From positions 3,072,001-3,136,000 of the forward strand of contig OZ219926.1 of NCBI GenBank assembly GCA_964291405.2: a stretch of 64,000 nucleotides of DNA, given 5' to 3'. The stretch comes from Thermodesulfobacteriota bacterium. GTDB taxonomy: Bacteria; Desulfobacterota; Binatia; Bin18. Within the stretch, counting starts at the first letter, position 1. Each line of letters opens with the position of its first letter. Made by a program: the position numbers and the translations under genes. The notes beneath the pieces were generated by a model, which searched no databases, had not been told where the DNA came from, and saw only the letters and a program-made list of their open reading frames with translations. Below are positions 59,288 through 64,000 of the stretch, one piece after another.

Positions 59288-59321
59288 AAAGAAAGGGCGC
59301 CAGTAACGGCGCCCTTTCTTT
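59288..59321. terminator. Rho-independent terminator, bidirectional form
   Basis: AAAGAAAGGGCGCC-AGTAAC-GGCGCCCTTTCTTT. Confidence 0.85.
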
Positions 59322-59480
59322 GTGGAAACTTTCAAGGGTAGTGTCAATCGACTACTCCCTCCCCCATACCCCTCACGCAAGAGTCTTGCGCTAAACTGTT
59401 TTTCACCATATACACTGGGTGAACCGCGGTTCAGTCTACCGATCGCGAGTAAAAATCTTAAGCCTTTAAGGAGGGGCAGT

Positions 59481-61172
59481 ATGCCGGAATATGATCTGGT
59501 GATCAAAGATGGAATGATTATTGATGGGACGCGACTGCCGCGTTACCGAGGCGATATTGGTGTGAAAGACGGCAAGATCGCCAAGATCGGCCGCATTCAG
59601 GCACACGAAGGCACCAAGACGCTTGATGCCGAAGGGCATATGGTCGTGCCGGGCTTTATCGATTTACACACTCACTATGATGCGCAGTTGTTCTGGGATC
59701 CGTATCTGACGATTTCGGGCTGGCATGGCATTACTTCCGTGGTGATCGGCAACTGCGGCTTCGGCTTTGCCCCAGTGGCCCCCGAAGATCAGGAACGCGC
59801 CATGCTCACCATGACCCGGACCGAGGCGATTCCGTACGAGTCGATGAAGGCCGGGATGCCCTGGGACTGGGTCACCTTTCCGGAATTCCTGGACAGTGTG
59901 GAACGCACGCCCAAAGGCCTGAACATCCTACCGTATGTACCGATTGCGCCCTTGATGGTGTGGGTGATGGGGCGCGAAGAGGCGAAGTCGGGCCGGATGC
60001 CGACGGATGATGAACACAAGAAGATGGTGCAGTTACTGCACGAAGGCATGGCGGCGGGCGGCTGTGGCTGGTCGGCCCAACGTTTTGGGGAAGACAGCGT
60101 ACAGTGTGATTATGACGGCACGCCCATGCCGACGGATATCATGCACCAGGAAACCTGTGTCGAATTCGCGAAAGTCTTGGCCGAACGGAATGAGGGCTTC
60201 ATCCAGATGTCTCTTATCCCGAGCGTGTCCGGTTTTGAAGAAATCGAGCAGAAATACGAAGAGCTGGCTTTGGCCAGTGGCCGGCCGATTCTGTACAATG
60301 CCATTCAAGCTCTGGATTCCGACCCGAGCCGTCACCGGAATCTGTTAGCTTGGATCGAACGCTGTCGCCAAAAGGGCCTGCGCATCTACGGTCAGTTGGT
60401 CTCGACCAGCGCCGGTTTTACCTTCACCTTCCATGACTGGAATCTGTGGGATGATGATCCCGCTTGGCGGGAAGCGACTATGGGCACCGTAGAAGAGCGG
60501 AAGTCGAAGTTGGCGGACCCGACCCGACGCGCAAGTTTAAAGAACGACCCGACTGGTGCGGTCACGGCCTCGTTTGACGACGTCATCATTCTCGAGGTGA
60601 AGCGGGAAGACATGAAGCACCTGGAGAATCTGACCCTGCGTGAAGCGGGTGAGAAGGAAGGCAAGCATCCCGTGGATGCCATGCTCGACCTCGCGGTTGC
60701 CGACGATATGGCCACGACATTCTATTCGCCCGCGGTTGGCGAGAAGAACGAGTTTCTCAAAGAACTCGTCAACGACTCTACGCTGCTGGGGGTCTCGGAC
60801 GGTGGGGCTCATACCAAGTTCTTCTGCGGCGGACGCTATTCCACGGAGTCCATCACTCGCATGGTCCGCGAGATGAATATGATGAGCCTGGAAGAGGCGC
60901 ACTGGCGACTGAGCGCCCAACCGGCTGCCTGCGCAGGCTTTAAGGACCGTGGCGTCCTGCGCGAAGGCGCACCGGCCGATATCGTGGTCTACGACTACGA
61001 CAACCTGGAAATCTTGCCGACGGAGGTGGTGCACGACCTGCCGGGCAAGGAGTGGCGGCGAGTGCAAAAGGCCAAAGGCTACCGCGCGGTCCTGGTGAAC
61101 GGCGAGATGACGCTGGAGAATGACCAGAACACGGGTAATATTCCTGGCAAGCTGCTCCGGCACGGTGGCTAA
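59481..61172 (+). CDS. N-acyl-D-amino-acid deacylase family amidohydrolase (copy 2)
   Basis: Close paralog of 57542-59236. Start moved to the ATG at 59481 after AGGAGG. Confidence 0.9.
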   Translation: MPEYDLVIKDGMIIDGTRLPRYRGDIGVKDGKIAKIGRIQAHEGTKTLDAEGHMVVPGFIDLHTHYDAQLFWDPYLTISGWHGITSVVIGNCGFGFAPVAPEDQERAMLTMTRTEAIPYESMKAGMPWDWVTFPEFLDSVERTPKGLNILPYVPIAPLMVWVMGREEAKSGRMPTDDEHKKMVQLLHEGMAAGGCGWSAQRFGEDSVQCDYDGTPMPTDIMHQETCVEFAKVLAERNEGFIQMSLIPSVSGFEEIEQKYEELALASGRPILYNAIQALDSDPSRHRNLLAWIERCRQKGLRIYGQLVSTSAGFTFTFHDWNLWDDDPAWREATMGTVEERKSKLADPTRRASLKNDPTGAVTASFDDVIILEVKREDMKHLENLTLREAGEKEGKHPVDAMLDLAVADDMATTFYSPAVGEKNEFLKELVNDSTLLGVSDGGAHTKFFCGGRYSTESITRMVREMNMMSLEEAHWRLSAQPAACAGFKDRGVLREGAPADIVVYDYDNLEILPTEVVHDLPGKEWRRVQKAKGYRAVLVNGEMTLENDQNTGNIPGKLLRHGG

Positions 61173-61224
61173 GAGTAGAAGACCAGCCTAGGGCTATAGT
61201 CCTAGGATGAGAGCTGACAGAGAG

Positions 61225-61257
61225 AGAAGGGCGCCAGTAATGGCGCCCTTCTTTTTT
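61225..61257 (+). terminator. Rho-independent terminator
   Basis: AGAAGGGCGCCA-GTAA-TGGCGCCCTTCT followed by a T tract. Confidence 0.88.
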
Positions 61258-61355
61258 GGAGACGGTAGGAGGTGCTGGAGACATATAGACCCTCTACTGT
61301 GCCCTTTGCATCTCTTTGCTGTATACCTGTGGACGTTGGGTGAGGAGGGAGGCAG

Positions 61356-63071
61356 ATGGCTGAACCTCAAGGCGCCTTAACGCGTGAGCTCAGACGTATC
61401 GACGGACGTCCCTATGGATTTTACAAAGACCTGCGCGGGCAAGCATACGCCCTCGGCCCGTATGGATTGAGGTTTGACCATATCCAGGGCGATCCCTTTG
61501 CGTCGCCGAGTCGCGTGAGGATCGATATTCCGACCAGCCGGGCCACACTGCCCGCTTGGTCATACGCCGGAGCTACGGCGCGACGGGCGAGTGCCGACTT
61601 TGTACATCGGGCTCTTTTTCGCTCGCTGTCCGCCGGCTGGGGCAAACTTGGCTCTGGCAAAAGCGGCCTGCTCGAAATCATGGCAGTGGGTCAACAGGTG
61701 CTGGAGCGAACCGCCGTTCTGGTCCGTCCCAACGGCGGCCTTCGAGTCCGGCTGAGTGTAGGCTTGCCCGCCGCGGGGCGACGCATTCTAGGGCGTGAAG
61801 CGGCTCAACTGCTCACCCAACGACTGCCCGAAGCCCTCAGCCGCGTCTTTGATGAATTAGACCTCAATACCTTACAACGCCATGTTTATTGCATCGAAGA
61901 CCAGGTAGCACTGCGCAAACAACTGCACGACCATGGCTTGGTCGCTTTCCTAGCCGAGGACAGTATTTTGCCCCGCCGGAGTGGGGCGGATGACCGACCC
62001 ATGGATGCGGCTATTCCGCTCGACGTACCCCACGCGCTCGCGTCTGAACTCCACGCTCCGCATGCAGGTCTGCTGCGCGGTCTCGGCCTCCGGGCTGGTG
62101 TGACGCTGATTGCCGGGGGTGGCTATCATGGCAAATCAACCTTGCTCTCGGCGCTGGCCAACGGTGTGTATGATCATATTCCGGGTGATGGCCGAGACCG
62201 ATGTGTTTCCGTTGCGAGTGCGGTGAGCATTCGGGCGGAAGATGGACGTTCGGTGCAAGGAGTCGATCTGCGGCCGTTTATCAACACGCTGCCCCTAGGT
62301 CGTCGAACGGACTGGTTCGAGACCGCAGATGCCTCGGGCAGCACCTCTCAGGCCGCGGCCATTGTTGAGGCGCTGGAAGCTGGAGCAACCGCGCTGCTGA
62401 TCGACGAAGACACCGCGGCGACAAACTTTATGATCCGTGACGCGCGCATGCGTCGTCTGGTGCCCGGTGAAAAAGAACCGATCACGCCCTATCTCGATCG
62501 AGTCCGTCAGCTGTGGGAAGAAAAACACATCTCGTCGATCCTCGTTGTTGGGGGAGCCGGTGACTATCTGGATGTGGCTGAAACGGTTATCCAGATGGAC
62601 GAATACCGACCGCAGGATGTAACGCAGCGCGCGCGAGAAGTTGCACATGAGTTGCCACAAAAAACCTCTGGCCCCCAAGCCCCAGGACCCTGGCTCGCAT
62701 CACGCCCGCGCCGGCCCGATCCGCGCAGCTTCGATCCCAGTCGAGGACGTAAACAGGAACGCGTCCGAAGCGTCAAAACTCGTGCGATTGAGTTTGGCAG
62801 TGAGGAGATTGATGTCTCCCTTCTGTACCAACTTGTCGATGCCGCCCAGTGCCGTATGATCGGCGATGTGTTACTGCAATGCGCCCGCGGGCTGTGTGAC
62901 GGGAAAAAGACCATTCCTGAGCTACTTGACCGCATTGATGCCGAGATAGAGAAAGACGGTCTGGACGCCGTTACCGACCGCGATTTTGGTGACCGTGCCC
63001 GCGCGCGGCGGTTCGAAATTGCAGCAGCGCTCAATCGGTTGCGGAGTCTGCGGTTGGCGGGCGGAGTATAA
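61356..63071 (+). CDS. Predicted ABC-class ATPase (COG3044-like)
   Basis: HIQGDPFA.PS, GGGYHGKSTLL, IRAEDGR, ASGSTSQAA and LIDEDT.ATNFM motifs. Confidence 0.88.
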   Translation: MAEPQGALTRELRRIDGRPYGFYKDLRGQAYALGPYGLRFDHIQGDPFASPSRVRIDIPTSRATLPAWSYAGATARRASADFVHRALFRSLSAGWGKLGSGKSGLLEIMAVGQQVLERTAVLVRPNGGLRVRLSVGLPAAGRRILGREAAQLLTQRLPEALSRVFDELDLNTLQRHVYCIEDQVALRKQLHDHGLVAFLAEDSILPRRSGADDRPMDAAIPLDVPHALASELHAPHAGLLRGLGLRAGVTLIAGGGYHGKSTLLSALANGVYDHIPGDGRDRCVSVASAVSIRAEDGRSVQGVDLRPFINTLPLGRRTDWFETADASGSTSQAAAIVEALEAGATALLIDEDTAATNFMIRDARMRRLVPGEKEPITPYLDRVRQLWEEKHISSILVVGGAGDYLDVAETVIQMDEYRPQDVTQRAREVAHELPQKTSGPQAPGPWLASRPRRPDPRSFDPSRGRKQERVRSVKTRAIEFGSEEIDVSLLYQLVDAAQCRMIGDVLLQCARGLCDGKKTIPELLDRIDAEIEKDGLDAVTDRDFGDRARARRFEIAAALNRLRSLRLAGGV

Positions 63072-63104
63072 TAACCACCAAACTCCCGCTACACTCTTGC
63101 CCGC

Positions 63105-64000
63105 ATGCCTGCTTCAGCTCCACCACAATCCACTCGCGTCCGGTTTGCCACCAAGGTTTTTTATGGTGTCGGGTCAGTTTCCGAAGGTACGAAAAATACG
63201 GTCTTCAACGTTTTTCTCCTCTTCTATTACAACCAAGTTCTGGGGCTCTCTGGAACACTAAGCGGCATCGCGATCTTTATTGCGCTCTGTATCGATGCGA
63301 TTACCGACCCCTTGGTGGGCTCGATTTCTGACAATTTTCATTCACGCTGGGGGCGGCGCCATCCGTTTATGTATCTGGCTGCGCTGCCTATGGCGGTGTG
63401 TTTCTTCTTCTTGTTTAGACCTCCTGAACTAGGCCAGATCGGACTTTTCGTGTGGTTATGTACCTTTGCGGTCGGGGTGCGCGTCGCCATGACGTTCTAC
63501 GCGGTCCCGAGCGGAGCCATGCTCCCGGAGCTCTCGCCCGACTATGATGAGCGGACTTCTCTGGTGAGCTATCGCCTGTTGTTTGGCTGGTTCGGCGGTC
63601 TGACCGCGTCTGTTATGGGCTATTTTTATTTCTTTGCTTCCTCCGAGGCGTTTGCCGATGGCCGCTTGAATCCTGGAGCGTATGAAGGATTTGCGCTGGT
63701 CTGTGCCGGGATGATGATCGCGACGATTCTGGCCTGCGCGCTTGGCACGCATGGGCTTATTCCGAGTCTGAAGGTGCCACCGGCAAAACGAAAATTCACG
63801 CTGGGTCGCTTTGCCGGCGAGCTATGGGCGGCGTTCTCCAATCGGTCCTATCGGATGCTGGTCATCGGTTCCTTGTTTGCCGCTGGGGGGCGGGGGTTTA
63901 ATGACGTGATGTGGCTGTATATGAACACCTATTTCTGGGGATTCTCAACCAAGGAAATCGGTCTCCTGACCTTCGGCCTGTTTCTCTCCGCCCTTATTGC
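63105..64000 (+). CDS. MFS transporter, GPH/MelB-like family (3' end runs off the window)
   Basis: Not in the ORF track. Reads MPASAPPQSTRVRFATKVFYGVG...DAITDPLVGSISDNFHSRWGRRHPFM...PELSPDYDERTSL. Confidence 0.88.
   Translation, partial: MPASAPPQSTRVRFATKVFYGVGSVSEGTKNTVFNVFLLFYYNQVLGLSGTLSGIAIFIALCIDAITDPLVGSISDNFHSRWGRRHPFMYLAALPMAVCFFFLFRPPELGQIGLFVWLCTFAVGVRVAMTFYAVPSGAMLPELSPDYDERTSLVSYRLLFGWFGGLTASVMGYFYFFASSEAFADGRLNPGAYEGFALVCAGMMIATILACALGTHGLIPSLKVPPAKRKFTLGRFAGELWAAFSNRSYRMLVIGSLFAAGGRGFNDVMWLYMNTYFWGFSTKEIGLLTFGLFLSALI

Noticed and set aside
1-64000. CRISPR array, rRNA or IS elements
   Set aside because: No regularly spaced repeats, rRNA-like tracts or transposase ORFs were seen.

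Overview
GC-rich bacterial chromosomal window with about 57 CDS and no rRNA, tRNA, CRISPR array, integrase or transposase that I can support. The gene content (many LLM/F420-type oxidoreductases, amidohydrolases, Rieske oxygenases, Uma2 and small TA-like genes) resembles uncultured Binatia/Tectomicrobia-type genomes; this taxonomy is an inference. From left to right: a truncated nitrile hydratase beta gene missing from the ORF track, leuCD, housekeeping genes and moaA; an AT-richer exported CobN-like chelatase/MotA-ExbB/DUF2149 cassette; a ureidoglycolate-lyase-like/amidohydrolase/Rieske alpha-beta operon; a 12 kb restriction-like defence locus (SNF2-DUF3883 helicase-nuclease, AlbA_2 cargo gene, DUF1156 methyltransferase, Swt1-HEPN-DUF499 ATPase); a flavin/F420 monooxygenase cluster; three paralogous Rieske oxygenases, two of them coupled to an uncharacterised ~110-aa partner, plus a 57-bp relic of a lost third partner; an orphan NorD/CbbO-like VWA protein; a tandem amidohydrolase duplication with conserved UTR structures; an ABC-class ATPase; and a truncated MFS transporter. 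The best candidates for under-described systems are the HEPN-armed DUF499 defence variant, the Rieske plus small-partner module and the exported CobN cassette. All family calls come from motifs recognised by eye, not from database searches.
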